Assembly (NCBI GenBank): GCA_001938485.1
Contig: MQRK01183570.1
Location: 1 to 55,369 of the forward strand
Direction: 5' to 3'
Source: Girardia tigrina
Taxonomy: Eukaryota
Length of the DNA: 55,369 nt
Of the stretch, positions 12,204 to 25,273 are shown in pieces. The notes under the pieces were generated by a model. The model saw nothing but the letters and a program-made list of their open reading frames with translations. It was not told the DNA's origin and did no database searches. A program made the translations under genes and the position numbers. How positions within the stretch are numbered: the stretch's first letter is position 1; every line of letters begins with the position of its first letter.

Positions 12204-15200
12204 CTAAGAAAAATGTTATTACAATAAAAAATAGACTTCGTAAATGAAACATTTTTTTTAATATATAATTATGCAAAACAGAAAATGAGTCTTATAAATA
12301 AATATTGTTATATATATATATATTGTTAAATGTTTTGATTTTTTGAAAAATATCCGTAAAATAACATCATAATTGTATCAATTTTTGTCTATAAGAAAAT
12401 ATAATATAAAGTCATTGCTTATTTTAAAAAAGTGAACATTGTATTTCATTTGTACTTTAATAAAACAAAGTTCGAAAATTTTAGTCGGCATAATACTTGA
12501 AGAATGTTTGATTCTTATTATGAAAGTATGCCAGAAATCTGGTAACACTTGAATATTGTCACCCCATTTATATTTTCATAAAAGTATAAGTAAGGGACCA
12601 ATAACGATAAATCTTGTAAAAATATTGAAACATTAAAAAATGTTGAGTAAAAATGAGTATTCCCCGTCTTTGAATAAGAAACACACCCGTAAGATTATAG
12701 ATCAAATAATTAAAAGAGAATAAATTAAAAAAAACTCAGTCTAATGATACGATTAATTCAGCTGTGGATAAATTTTCTCATCATTAGACTGAGTTTTTTT
12801 AATTTATTCTCTATTAATTATTTGGTCTATAATCTTACGGGTGTGTTTCTTATTCAAAGACGGGGAATACTCATTTTTACTCAAAAAAGGATTTACAGCT
12901 GAGAAGGATCTTAGGATTGAAAATTATTTCAAGTCGCGTTATAAAATGGAGAGAATGGAGAATTTGAAAATTAACGATGTGGTGACAAAATTCAGTGGAC
13001 AAGAAGATGTCGAAAACTGGATCGATCGGTTAGAGACAGCCTCAAGAATATTCGGAAGTGAGTCGAAATTAACCTCACTCATTCTGCTGTTCCTGACCGG
13101 TGACGCATATTCTACCTGGAAGCTACTCGATGAAAGCGCAAAACAAGATGTTGGTACAATAAAAGGCGCTCTGAGAAGAGTATATGACAAGTCAAAAGCA
13201 CAAGCATGGACGGAGTTGCAGAACCTGTTGTTATTACCGGCTGAGTCAACGGATGTACTGACAGAAAAAACATCCACGCTGCTTGCGGTGGCCTGTGGAG
13301 GAAAAGCGGTGCCAGAGGAGGTAATTTCCTTGTTTTTTCTTGACTCTATCCCCGCAAATGTGTGAAATCAAGAGCTGGTGCTTCACGGTGAAGATAAGAT
13401 AAAAATAAGTTAATATCAGCAGCCAAAAGTGTACTGTCCCAAGCAAACGGGTCAACGCAATATACCATGGCAGGAGTTAAGACAGAATTAGAATTTGGCA
13501 CAATAAACACAGAAGTCTATGTGAAGGAGTACTTGCAAAAACGCTTATTACCATTCATAAGTCAGCACGGAGGTCTTACTTTCTTTTGGCCGTATTTACA
13601 TCGTGCCACTATGGTAAGGCAGCCAAGAAATGGTAAGAAGACAATAACGTCGATTTGATGCAAATAGAGGCAAACCCACCAAATTGTCCAGAACTTCGCC
13701 CAATCGAAAGATATTGGGCCCTGGTAAAAAGGCAATTAAAGACGACAAACAAAAGGAAACAGAAAATTGCAGATTTTCGGAATAAGTGGAATAATGCAGC
13801 CAAAACGTGGCAGAAACTACAATTGCAAGTCTAATGGCAGGCATTTCGGAAAAGCTCGCTCAATTTATTAAAAAAATAATCTTTCTTAGCTTACTAAAAC
13901 TATTTTGAATAACACATTTTTCAAAACACTCGGTATTTTTTCAATCAAAAATCTGGTTTTGAAGATAGAGGATTTTTCGCACTCAGTCCCTATATAAATA
14001 TATTATATATATAATTAGTAAAACTAAATGAAGAAAATTTAAGTAAAATGAAAAGAATTATAAAGTTGTGAATATCACTGATATTATTAACATGAAAATA
14101 AGTGAAAATAAATAAATATAGTGAAAATAACTCGAAAATAAGGTCAATATGATGAATATTGACCTTATTTTCGAGTTATTTTCACTATATTTATTTATTT
14201 TCACTTATTTTCACTAACTTTATTTCATGAAGAATTCTTGAAGATGATTATTTTCACAAATAAGACAGATACTAAAAGAAGGGGGTGAGGACAACAAAAA
14301 GTCCGCATAATGGTGACAGTATCAGGTGCGCGTAGTCTATTATACGAATGGTTAGTGATTTAGTATTAATAAAATAGATTTTGGGATAAAACTGAAACAA
14401 GACATTATTATGGAAGTGTGACTAACCAGATAATTCGAAATAAATGCTAAAATACATACAGAAATAAAATAAAAATTATATCATTCTAAAATATATATTG
14501 GGTGTACAACTAATTAATTTCGTATTTTTTTGTTAAAAAAACCATTTATTTAAGTATAAAAGTGAAAAAATATTTTATTCAAAATATTGTCCATCGGAAG
14601 CGGCAACTNNNNNNNNNNNNNNNNNNNNNNNNNNNNNNNNNNNNNNNNNNNNNNNNNNNNNNNNNNNNNNNNNNNNNNNNNNNNNNNNNNNNNNNNNNNN
14701 NNNNNNNNNNNNNNNNNNNNNNNNNNNNNNNNNNNNNNNNNNNNNNNNNNNNNNNNNNNNNNNNNNNNNNNNNNNNNNNNNNNNNNNNNNNNNNNNNNNN
14801 NNNNNNNNNNNNNNNNNNNNNNNNNNNNNNNNNNNNNNNNNNNNNNNNNNNNNNNNNNNNNNNNNNNNNNNNNNNNNNNNNNNNNNNNNNNNNNNNNNNN
14901 NNNNNNNNNNNNNNNNNNNNNNNNNNNNNNNNNNNNNNNNNNNNNNNNNNNNNNNNNNNNNNNNNNNNNNNNNNNNNNNNNNNNNNNNNNNNNNNNNNNN
15001 NNNNNNNNNNNNNNNNNNNNNNNNNNNNNNNNNNNNNNNNNNNNNNNNNNNNNNNNNNNNNNNNNNNNNNNNNNNNNNNNNNNNNNNNNNNNNNNNNNNN
15101 NNNNNNNNNNNNNNNNNNNNNNNNNNNNNNNNNNNNNNNNNNNNNNNNNNNNNNNNNNNNNNNNNNNNNNNNNNNNNNNNNNNNNNNNNNNNNNNNNNNN

Positions 15201-18200
15201 NNNNNNNNNNNNNNNNNNNNNNNNNNNNNNNNNNNNNNNNNNNNNNNNNNNNNNNNNNNNNNNNNNNNNNNNNNNNNNNNNNNNNNNNNNNNNNNNNNNN
15301 NNNNNNNNNNNNNNNNNNNNNNNNNNNNNNNNNNNNNNNNNNNNNNNNNNNNNNNNNNNNNNNNNNNNNNNNNNNNNNNNNNNNNNNNNNNNNNNNNNNN
15401 NNNNNNNNNNNNNNNNNNNNNNNNNNNNNNNNNNNNNNNNNNNNNNNNNNNNNNNNNNNNNNNNNNNNNNNNNNNNNNNNNNNNNNNNNNNNNNNNNNNN
15501 NNNNNNNNNNNNNNNNNNNNNNNNNNNNNNNNNNNNNNNNNNNNNNNNNNNNNNNNNNNNNNNNNNNNNNNNNNNNNNNNNNNNNNNNNNNTATTGACTA
15601 CATAAATAGATATGAGGTTAGTAACAAATTCGAAATGAGGTAACAAATACGAATATAAGGTTATTTCGTAACAAATACGAAATTAATTAGTTGTACACCT
15701 AATAATAAATAATAAAGTAAATATGAAGAAATAAATAAAAGCAAAGTAACCTGATAAGTAGTATCAGAACAGTCTGAATTATCGAACAGATATTGACATA
15801 GCCCAGGAGAAGTTAAAATGACACATTTATTCATGAACAAGTGTATGGAAGTTGCCGTGACGAGACAAAACGAAAAGAACACAGGATTGTGACTGATATC
15901 TGATCCTCGTAGATTGAATAACCAGGCAATCTCATCGAGCCCAGACAAAAATACCCCACTCACTTTTTCTTCGATCAATTTTTGCCGCGTGATATCAATT
16001 TTTTGATGCCATGATTTACCAGTGAAAGATTCCGATAGAATTATAATAGGATTAGCTGATCTTGGAGGTCTTTCCGGCCATGCTTTTGAAACTAGACATT
16101 CGTCTAGCATTACCATGGATTGATCGACCCGGAGATCTTTTTGTATCCGATCATACAAATCCATAGAAAGCTGATGTTTGAAAAATCCAATTCTTGATTC
16201 ACTTGAAAGTTCTGAATTGAGCCAGGCACCTTGTGTAGGAGTATCTTTTAAACCATGCTTCATTAAAGTCCAGTTATCATCAATTTGATTGGAAGCCTTA
16301 GAGTAAAAGGGTTTTATATGAAATATTTATTATTAGTGATACAATTTATCTATATATTTCACTTGTTCATTAATTTTCCCGGTTAAAATGTTGAAGATAA
16401 ATAATTTTCACGTAACGTCATCTATTTTTGGGATGTCAATTTTTATTTATCGCTATAATATTTTACATTAAATCTTAATATAGCCAAATATTTATATAAT
16501 CACTGGTTAGAAAATATGTTTTAATTATTGAACATTCCTGAAATCGACACCAGTCACTAATAGAGTTCTTTAAAAGCAAAATGAATTTATGAATGATCAA
16601 AAGAGATAATAAAATTTCAAACGATTTATGACTCTCATAAAAGAAAAAAATCAAATACTTTATTAAGAACATTTAAACAAGTCTCGTTTGAATGTTTATT
16701 ACAATCACATTTAGAGTCATTATGACTCTCAGAAAGTCTTTCATCGTTTGTCATCCTTCTAATTGGTTTTCTTATTTCTCTTTTTAATCATGATTATTCG
16801 AACAATTTTTCTAAATTATTTTTTAAAATATTTAGCCTCTAAAATATTAATTATAAAAATAATAATTTTTACCATTTTTCAATAAATCTTAAAATAATAA
16901 AAATGTCATCAAATTATTAAAAATCCATTTAATTTAAATTTTTCTAAAAAAAATATTAAACTTAATTTTCATTGTGTTCGAATAGTCAATCACTTTAAAT
17001 TTAAATAAAAAAATATTATTAATAAAAAAAATTTATAAAAACAACCACGTTTTTCAAGCATTACCAATGCACTAAAAAGAGGAAAATAATTTTTTTCTAG
17101 ACATGTGCGAAATTTTATACCTAACCAAAAATGTGGGGTGGATTTCTGAATCAATAGTATGTTAAAAATATAATATTTTGGTTTTAGAAACTAGAATAAA
17201 ATTTTTAAATTTTAGAAGAATTTCGCCTATCAGGAAGTGAAAGAAAACAAATTATTTTAAAGTTACTGCTTTTTAGTAACAATCGATCNNNNNNNNNNNN
17301 NNNNNNNNNNNNNNNNNNNNNNNNNNNNNNNNNNNNNNTATGCCCCACGTTTTTGGTTAGGTATAAAATTTCGCACATGTCTAGAAAAAAATTATTTTCC
17401 TCTTTTTAGTGCATTGGTAATGCTTGAAAAACGTGGTTGTTTTTATAAATTTTTTTTAATAATATTATTTAACTATTTTTAGTTATCATTTAGGAATTCA
17501 AATCTTTCGATTGATTTCGAATAACAGAAATTATAATAAAACCAAAATAACAAAGTTTTATTTTAATAAAAGCAAGTTTTATTTCAAAATAATTATTTTG
17601 TACGTATTAATTAATATTATTGATTTTTTTCATAAAGTTAAAATTTTCATAAAGTTAAATTATAGCACATGCGGTTTATGTAGAGCCGTAAATGTGTTAA
17701 AATATTGTATTGTCATCGGAAGCAAGCCTGTATAAAAAAATTCAGCTCAATTAGATGACTGAAAGTGGTCGCAAAATCAATCGCAAGATTTTTTCCAGAC
17801 AGACAAGAAACCAAGCTAAGAAAAACGTGGTAAAATACCAATTTCCATCTGGGTGGGAGAATCACCATTCTAAATTCAACATACTTAAATCAACATATAG
17901 CATCCATACATTTAGAAATTTAAACAAATTAAAATATTCCTCAGATACTTATTTACTTTTCATGTTTTAAAGTATGTCTTTTTACAGGTCAAGGCAATCA
18001 GAATATTTGAATATTCTTAGTACATTAGGAAATATATTTCAGATTAATAAATGAATGTGATTTACACACTATTCTTAATTCGAGTCTTAATAAAAAAACT
18101 TCAATTTAAATTGAAAGCTTGATAATATAAAAATTATTCAGACTAAAATATTTTAGTGGTTTATAAATACAATTAAAAATAAGTGGTTGATAATGCGAAT

Positions 18201-21200
18201 ATTTAAGTGCTTCACAGGCCACTCTTTTCCAAAAAAATTTAAACTGTCACTGTAGTGAATACAATTTTCAAATAAAATTGTGTAAACGAAATATAATTAA
18301 TAAAACGTTAATTTTTGTAAATTTACCAACTTTTAAATTTTAATTTTTTTTTACAGTTAATCTTAAATTATTTTTCGGTCATCGTCAAAATCTTTAAATT
18401 GAAATTAATCGAGCACAAAAATTGAATAATTAATTCTCAATCAATTTTTATAAAAAATAATCTTGTTTGAAAATTCGTTTTTGTACTAAAATTTTGCTCA
18501 TGTTTTTCAATATAATTTGTTTATTGGCAAACTGTACGTGCAGTCCCTGCCACGATAGTCACATTGTGACAATACCACATACATTATAGAGACATCACGT
18601 CATCTCTGCAAAAGAGTCCAAGAACATGGTTGTAATGTGAGTGGAAGTAATAGTGCAGAAACCAGAAAAGTTTGCAATTCGAACGGAAATATTAACATAA
18701 ATGATTTTAAAATTTTGTGTGTTCAGTTTAATAATTATTGAGAGGAAGTTGCCTGTGAAGCATTATATATCAGATCTTTAGATTTAAAAATTAATGAGCA
18801 AAGGGGTATGTCGATAACCTTATTGAGTTGGTTTAGATGACACATTTATTCAATGATTATGTAAGCACAGCTTCCCTATCTAAGCAGATTTAAAATTCAT
18901 AATTTCTTTATAATATGCGATGACGATTATACCGTCCAAATTAAGGTTAGACTTTGACCATGTCCCCTTGCTTAAGTTTATAAAAAATAAATTTATGACA
19001 TGTTTACAAGACTTTTTGCATCTTGGACTATTAATTCATAATAATTAATTAATTCATAATTAATTAATTAATTCATAATTAATTCATAAATAATCACAAA
19101 TTAATTCATAAATAATCACAAATTAATTCATAAATATTCACAAATTAATTCATAAATAATCACAAATTAATTCATAAATAATCACAAATTAATTAATAAA
19201 TAATCACAAATTAATTCATAAATAATCGCAAATTAATTCATAAATAATCACAAATTAATTCATAAATATTCACAAATTAATTAATAAATAATCACAAATT
19301 AAATAATAAAAAAAATAATTAATAAATATTCATAAATAATTATTTCCAGATTAGAAATGCTTTGTATGCATTTACAAATGACATGCGTATGACTTAATGA
19401 TTTTTATATCGTTTTGGATTTTATGTTTTCGTGTCGTTTTACGCTTATCAATGTAAGTTGTTTGTTAATTAATTTATGACTATTTTTTATTAATTTATAA
19501 TTCTTTATTAATTAATTTGTGATTATTTATTAATTAATTTGTGATTATTAATTAATTAATATTTTTAATATGTCAAATGTCATATATAAATTCATTCGGA
19601 TCTCACAAATTATGTATATATTCATGTGTGTATTGAACTTGTGTGTGTCTTGTAAGTATATGATGAGGTGTGTTTGTGTTTTTTCTACCCCTTCAATATA
19701 ATCTGACATCATTGTATTTCATTGCTTATGATCAATCAGAATGACCCTCAGAATCATATCATAACAGATGTACATATGGGTTACCAAAGTTACAAATTCA
19801 AAAGATTAGGGGGATAAATCACACCCCGAAAAAAAATTATATTTCGATCTTAATTACCTCTAAGTTTATAATATAAGTTTACTGAATATAAGTTTTGCAG
19901 AGTATAGAAATGTTTCTTCCTCAAAATATAAAACATGCTGCAGATAACGAAATCCTCATATCTATAGAAGCCATTAATGAACAATGGTCAGGTGATATCA
20001 GTTGCAATAAAGAAATCTTTTTTACGAAGTGACGATGTGGAGGCGTCATTGTATTGATCAAAATATCTTCCAATTGATTGATTCATTGCTTGAATACTTG
20101 CAACTTTCATTAATATCCTACAATTCCCAATATGTTGAAGTTATTTGCAACTTTACTACTAACAACAGCCACAGATGAACGATCTTTTCCTTAATTTCGC
20201 AGAATCAAGACTTAGTTACGAAATACGACATCAGAGCATAGAGATTGAATGGCTTAGCTATAATGAACATTCACAAGGAATTAAGTGCTTTCTTGAAGAC
20301 TGACGAAGTTTTAGACACTTTGGCGAAGAACCCAAGAAGACTTATACTTCTGTTTTTATTGTATAAATTTGTGCAATTATATCTCTCATGAAAGTTATTA
20401 AATGTGCTATTTCGATGGTATTATAAATTTTATTATTTTAATAATAATTTATTTTAATTTTTTAACTTTGAAAATCAAAATTCGAATACGCAGAAAAATA
20501 TTGCACAATACACATGCTTCAGACGCGTAGCCAGGGGGGGGGGTGATTGGGTGGATTTNNNNNNNNNNNNNNNNNNNNNNNNNNNNNNNNNNNNNNNNNN
20601 NNNNNNNNNNNNNNNNNNNNNNNNNNNNNNNNNNNNNNNNNNNNNNNNNNNNNNNNNNNNNNNNNNNNNNAATTGGGCGTTCCCATTTTAATCCACGTTT
20701 TCGGCCCTACTGGCGAGGCTGAAAACAAAGATTAATATAGAAACCCTTGATTAGATTTTAATCGGGGAGAAAAAAGGAGGTCCGAGGAACGTTTAAGGAG
20801 CTTAAGGATCGTTTAAGATTAGAGTGTTAAAATCGGGAGACACCCCCACCCCTGAAAAAATTAAAACATAATTAGCCACCCCAATTATATTTAAGATTGC
20901 TAGATCTTTCAGGAATTTTTTTCCACCCCCCCTCTGCAATCCTGGCTACGGCGCTGACATGCTTTCATTTTAATAGGGCATTTTATCATTTGTTAATGGC
21001 CCTATTAATAATAATTTAATATTAATACATATTTAAATTTTAATTTATTGTCGCAATGAAATTTTCAGCAACTATTTCTATTATTAATCATCGATATCGA
21101 ATTAAATCTGTGATTATATAAATGGAAAACATGCGAATAGAATTAAGAAAAACCGTTCTGGATTGCTTGTTCTTTATAATGCGTAAATGCGAACTGGCTG

Positions 21201-23758
21201 CTATTCGAAATGCAATTCTGATTCCAAAATATTCGATGTTTACGACGAAGAATACATCAAAAGCACGGACTACATAAGAAAGTCCGGCAGTATCGACTCG
21301 GATTTAAACCGAAATTGCGACATGATTCTGTAGTGATTAATGAGAATCACTACAGAATCATGTCGCAATTTCGCCAGGGAATCCACTTTGACTCGCTAGG
21401 GACTTTGCAGTTTCGTGTTGTGGATGCCCGATATCGGCGAGTTACATTTAGATTTCTTGAAATCACGAAAAATGTCATTGAACATGGTAAAGGAAAAGAT
21501 CACATTTTGATGTTTTGATCAGTGAAACAAATCTCTGTTATTATTAAATAACATTTAATGAATATTTGCTTTTATTGTCTGATTTTGTTTATTTTGTATA
21601 TAAATGATAAATGTCGATCGTGTGAGGAATATTTCGTGAATGTTGTATGAAGATTTATTAACCGTCCTCAAATGAAATTATTCAATTCTTGCCAATTTAA
21701 GTATTTGGAAAGGACACCGAATTTCCTTTCTTCTTCTGTTTTATCTTCATTTTAGTTTTCCTTAAAGCCACCGATGATTTTTGAGTAATAAATTTCCAAT
21801 TATTTATTTCCATTTGGAAATTATTTCTTTGAAAAATTAAATTTTTTGATAATTTTAATTTTAAATTGCCCTATTAAAACGAAAAGGGCCCAATGAAAAT
21901 ACAAATATATAATGTATGTCTTCGAATTTTTACGGTGTGTTTTTGTTTTGTGTATCTGAGCTTTTGTATGTATATTTAACTTTCCCGCTCTCTTCATACA
22001 TTAATTATTGTTATATTGGGTTGGCCAAAAAGTCATTGCGTTTTTGAGTACGTCCTAATAAAAAGCTTGAAAATATAAAACGATGTGATAAAATTTAAAT
22101 TCAATTATATATTCTGAAACCTCAATTTTCANNNNNNNNNNNNNNNNNNNNNNNNNNNNNNNNNNNNNNNNNNNNNNNNNNNNNNNNNNNNNNNNNNNNN
22201 NNNNNNNNNNNNNNNNNNNNNNNNNNNNNNNNNNNNNNNNNNNNNNNNNNNNNNNNNNNNNNNNNNNNNNNNNNNNNNNNNNNNNTTTGTATATGGTAGT
22301 GACTCCTTAAAACTGCGACAGTGTCAATACTGGTTTTCTAAATTTCGTTCTGAAAAATTTCATCTGAAAGATGCACCACGCTCCGGTCGACCAGTTGAAG
22401 TTGATGGCGACAAAATAACAGCACTGAACAAACCTAATCCACATATGACGACAAGAGAAGTTGCAGACACTCTGGAAATATCAAAATCAATTGTTGGAAG
22501 ACATTTAAAGGAACTTGGATTCGTCAGTAAACTCGATATGTGGTTACTACATGAACTGAAAGAAATTCATTTGGTGAAAGGTATAGACATTTGCGATTCC
22601 CTTTTGAAGCGAGAACAAAGTGATCCATTTTTGAAGCGCTTGATTACGGGTGACGAAAAATGGATTGTTTACAACAATGTGGAACGCCGACGATCGTGGN
22701 NNNNNNNNNNNNNNNNNNNNNNNNNNNNNNNNNNNNNNNNNNNNNNNNNNNNNNNNNNNNNNNNNNNNNNNNNNNNNNNNNNNNNNNNNNNNNNNNNNNN
22801 NNNNNNNNNNNNNNNNNNNNNNNNNNNNNNNNNNNNNNNNNNNNNNNNNNNNNNNNNNNNNNNNNNNNNNNNNNNNNNNNNACGTCCTGAATTGGCAAAT
22901 CGAAAAGGAGTTGTAATTCAGCATGATAACGCAAGACCGTATACAAGTTTGACCACTCGCCAGAAACTCTTATCACTGGGTTGGGAGGTTTTTCCGCACC
23001 AACCGTATTCTCCAGACTTGGCCCCATCGGATTTTCACTTATTTAGATCACTGCAGAATTCCTTAAACAGAAAAACATTCGCCAGTGATGATGACATCAA
23101 ATCGTTCCTAGACGGCTTTTTTGCTGACAAAGGCAAAGGTTTTTATGAATCAGTAATAATGAAGCTACCGGAAAGGTGGAAGGAAGTGATTGAAAATAAT
23201 GGACAGTATATCGTATAAAAATATTTGTGCATCCATGTCATTTTTTGATAATAAATATTTTAGTAAACAAAGCAATGACTTTTTGGCCAACCCAATACAA
23301 TATTAGATTTATAATATAATATAATATAATTGTTAGTTTTTTTATTGCCCTATTTAAGAGGAGTAATGCCCTATCAAAAATAAAACGGGTGTATTATATC
23401 CCCGTAATACTTTAATGCGTACGAGCCTGGATATTATAAAAACGCGATTTTCCTCTGAATTTAATCATTCCCCTTATTCTCTCAATCGATCTAAATCAAT
23501 CACAACCTGCTGATAATATCGACCATCGGTCCAAAGCGACGCTCGCTTGTCGGTGATCACTGCCACTCCAAATGAGCCCGTGAATCCCGACACGTAAGCG
23601 ATTTTCTGATCGCAATCGGCCAAATACTCATTATTGTGAGCGTCTCCCATTGGAATAACGTATGCGTCAATTAATTTCTGTTTCATGTTTTCCCTAATCG
23701 TTTTCAATAAATCTGTCGTTATTTTCTTCTTAAACATTTTCAAGCTAAAATTAATCAT
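11106..23758 (-). CDS. XPNPEP1: Xaa-Pro aminopeptidase 1 (aminopeptidase P, M24B), 3 exons, about 631 aa
   Basis: Exons 23758-23507, 16296-15751 and 12203-11106 join in phase 0 via GT-AG introns (CAG|gttgtg...ctaag|GCT; CAG|gttact...cttag|ATT). Motifs: DAHNNEY, SGFTGSFG, LWTDGRY, LDEIAWLFNLRGSDI, and all five metal ligands (DSGGQY, GTTDVTRT, HGTGHGVG, TIEPGFY, GIRIEN). The start could be the downstream Met of MFKKK. Confidence 0.95.
12643..12884. repeat. Inverted duplication, about 105-bp arms, 31-nt spacer
   Basis: 12643-12748 is the reverse complement of 12780-12884 with a few mismatches. Confidence 0.95.
12946..13365 (+). pseudogene. Ty3/gypsy gag fragment
   Basis: KFSGQEDVENWIDRLE...LFLTGDAYSTW...IKGALRRVY...FFLDSIP capsid-like pattern; truncated by a stop. 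Confidence 0.7.
13455..13990 (+). mobile_element. ITmD37E (TRT)-type Tc1/mariner 3' fragment
   Basis: GTINTEVYVKEYLQKRLLPFI...FWP(D>Y)L-SCHY...NPPNCPELRPIERYWALVKR; ends at a putative TIR ...CACTCAGTCCC followed by TA. Confidence 0.8.
14093..14213. repeat. Perfect 58-bp-arm palindrome with a 5-nt loop
   Basis: 14093-14150 is the exact reverse complement of 14156-14213; loop GATGA. Confidence 0.95.
14498..15702 (-). mobile_element. Mariner element (interior N)
   Basis: TIRs TT[GA]GGTGTACAACTAATTAATTTCGTATTT; TA TSDs; minus-strand C-terminus VAASDGQYFE*; about 1.2 kb; lies 48 bp from the XPNPEP1 exon 2 donor. Confidence 0.9.
15751..16296 (-). CDS. XPNPEP1: XPNPEP1 exon 2
   Basis: ASNQIDDNWTLMK...WPERPP...FTGKSW...IAWLFNLRGSDISHNPVFF; canonical splice sites at both ends. 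Confidence 0.93.
17012..17470. repeat. Inverted repeat, about 127-bp arms, spanning an N gap
   Basis: 17012-17138 vs 17343-17470 are near-identical reverse complements. Confidence 0.85.
19081..19300 (+). repeat. Minisatellite, 10 x 22 bp (AATTCATAAATAATCACAAATT)
   Basis: Direct tandem units; about two inverted copies at roughly 19510-19555. Confidence 0.92.
20113..20345 (+). pseudogene. hAT transposase C-terminal dimerisation domain relic
   Basis: YPTIPNMLKLFATLLLTTATDERSF...RRIKT*LRNT...LNGLAIMNIHKE...DEVLDTLAKNPRRL. Confidence 0.85.
20520..20956. mobile_element. hAT-type MITE
   Basis: TIRs CAGACGCGTAGCCAGG / CCTGGCTACGGCGCTG; exact 8-bp TSD ACATGCTT (20512-20519, 20957-20964). Confidence 0.9.
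20965..21890 (+). mobile_element. Possible MULE-like relic
   Basis: Inverted ends TTTCATTTTAATAGGGCA / TGCCCTATTAAAACGAAA; degraded ELAAI...DSKIF motif near 21190-21240. Confidence 0.3.
22016..23295 (+). mobile_element. Mariner (DD34D) element, copy A
   Basis: TIR TTGGGTTGGCCAAAAAGTCATTGC; TA TSDs; ITGDEKW...HDNARP...[13 protein letters not shown]. Confidence 0.95.
23507..23758 (-). CDS. XPNPEP1: XPNPEP1 exon 1
   Basis: AYVIPMGDAHNNEYLADCD...SGFTGSFGVAVIT...LWTDGRYYQQ followed by a gt donor. Confidence 0.92.
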
Positions 23759-25273
23759 AGTTTTTCGTTCGTTAAAACTTTGATTTTTACGATTCTCAAT
23801 TACAACAATAACATAAAGAAAAAAATGGTCTTACAATTTTGAATTTTTTTTTATTAATGTGATAAATTCAAATTGAATTCGATTCAAACGATGCCGATTT
23901 GAATAAATAAACAAACGGTGAAAAATAATAATAAGTAATTTTTGAGAAAATGAAATTTTCAAATTATTGAACAATATGTATTATAAATATATGAGAAAGT
24001 TAATTTATAATTATTCTTAAATTTTTTTCTTAATCAAAGAAAAATATATTTTTAAAATACGAAATTGTAATTCATCTTTTGATGTTTTGCAAGTACTTTT
24101 TAATGCTTTAAGTTTAACTCAAGTTTCTGAATTAATGAGGGATTTCTTGTAATTAACTTATTTTATTGATTATTTAAAACACATTAACAATGTTCTGTAT
24201 AATTATTTTTTAATATTTTTGACCAAACTATTTGTAAAAAATCAAAAACTATAAAATAATAATTAAAAAATAAAAATAATCTTTGTCAATTATTATAATA
24301 ACACATGTACAAATTCAACGGAAATTCAACGTGAACAAATGACGACTGTATTAAACGAGTGGCGTTAGATTTCATATATGATTAATGGACATAAGATAAA
24401 TGGGTAAGTGTATTTTCAAAAAGCAATTAATAAACTAAAAATGAGAAACTAAATAAATATAGAATAAGAGTTTTTGACTTCGTAATCTGTTTTTGACCAT
24501 CAATAATGCGTCTAAGTCTGGTATAAAATGAAGATTTTTCCTCAAGAGAATATCCCCTATCTGTATGACAGTATGTTGCTATAATTGCAGCACGTTCTAT
24601 GGGTGCTGAACAAAACAAGATTCGATTAATTTTTATTACAACAGTTGTATTAACACTGTATATTCTTTTCAACATTGATGCCAAGCCTCTTACCTTTTTA
24701 TACCCTGCAGCAAGATCACACATTTCCCAATTTCCTGTTTAGCGTTCCCACCGTAAGGTATTTTAGTTAGAATGCACATAGCCAGATGCAGTTCTTCAAG
24801 ATCTTTTTTGTAAACTCTCTGACATTCTTATTTTCCGGCTTCAGTCTAACTTTTGAACCCTTCTCGTGAGTTTATTGACAACCTAATAATACAATTAAAG
24901 GTAAAACAGCGCAAAGCAAATTTATCGACCAATAATTATTAATAGATTCTATAACCTATGCATACTCATATGTTCGAACTAAGTTCATTCATACATTTAT
25001 GAATATCTTTAAAAAATTGAGCTAGAGTCGTACTTGAATAAATTTTCTAGTGCATGTTCACTCGTTAAGAGGTTAATCCTTGTCAGGATACAATATGACT
25101 GTCAGGCCATAGACAATGGAAATCTGTCATATATCATTTTTTGTGACATCTCACTATTTATATTTTCGAATAATGCTTCACTAATAAAAATTTTGTTGAA
25201 AAAGGAAGAATTTTTAATTTCCCCTTATAACAACCTAACAGAAACATATGGCCTCATAGACCCTGAGAAGTTC

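Noticed and set aside
14562-15646. Long X-filled ORFs here and at 289-559, 1923-2675, 20519-20735 and 47657-48338
   Set aside because: Artefacts of N runs, which mostly fall inside high-copy repeats.
19081-19300. CRISPR-like array
   Set aside because: Repeats are contiguous with no unique spacers, there are no cas genes, and the context is eukaryotic.
21621-21655. TGTGAGGAATAT start resembling the LTR family
   Set aside because: Similarity is too short and there is no matching 3' end.
24427-25260. Coding-like decayed region upstream of XPNPEP1
   Set aside because: Stops in all frames and no motif I can assign; probably an old TE relic.
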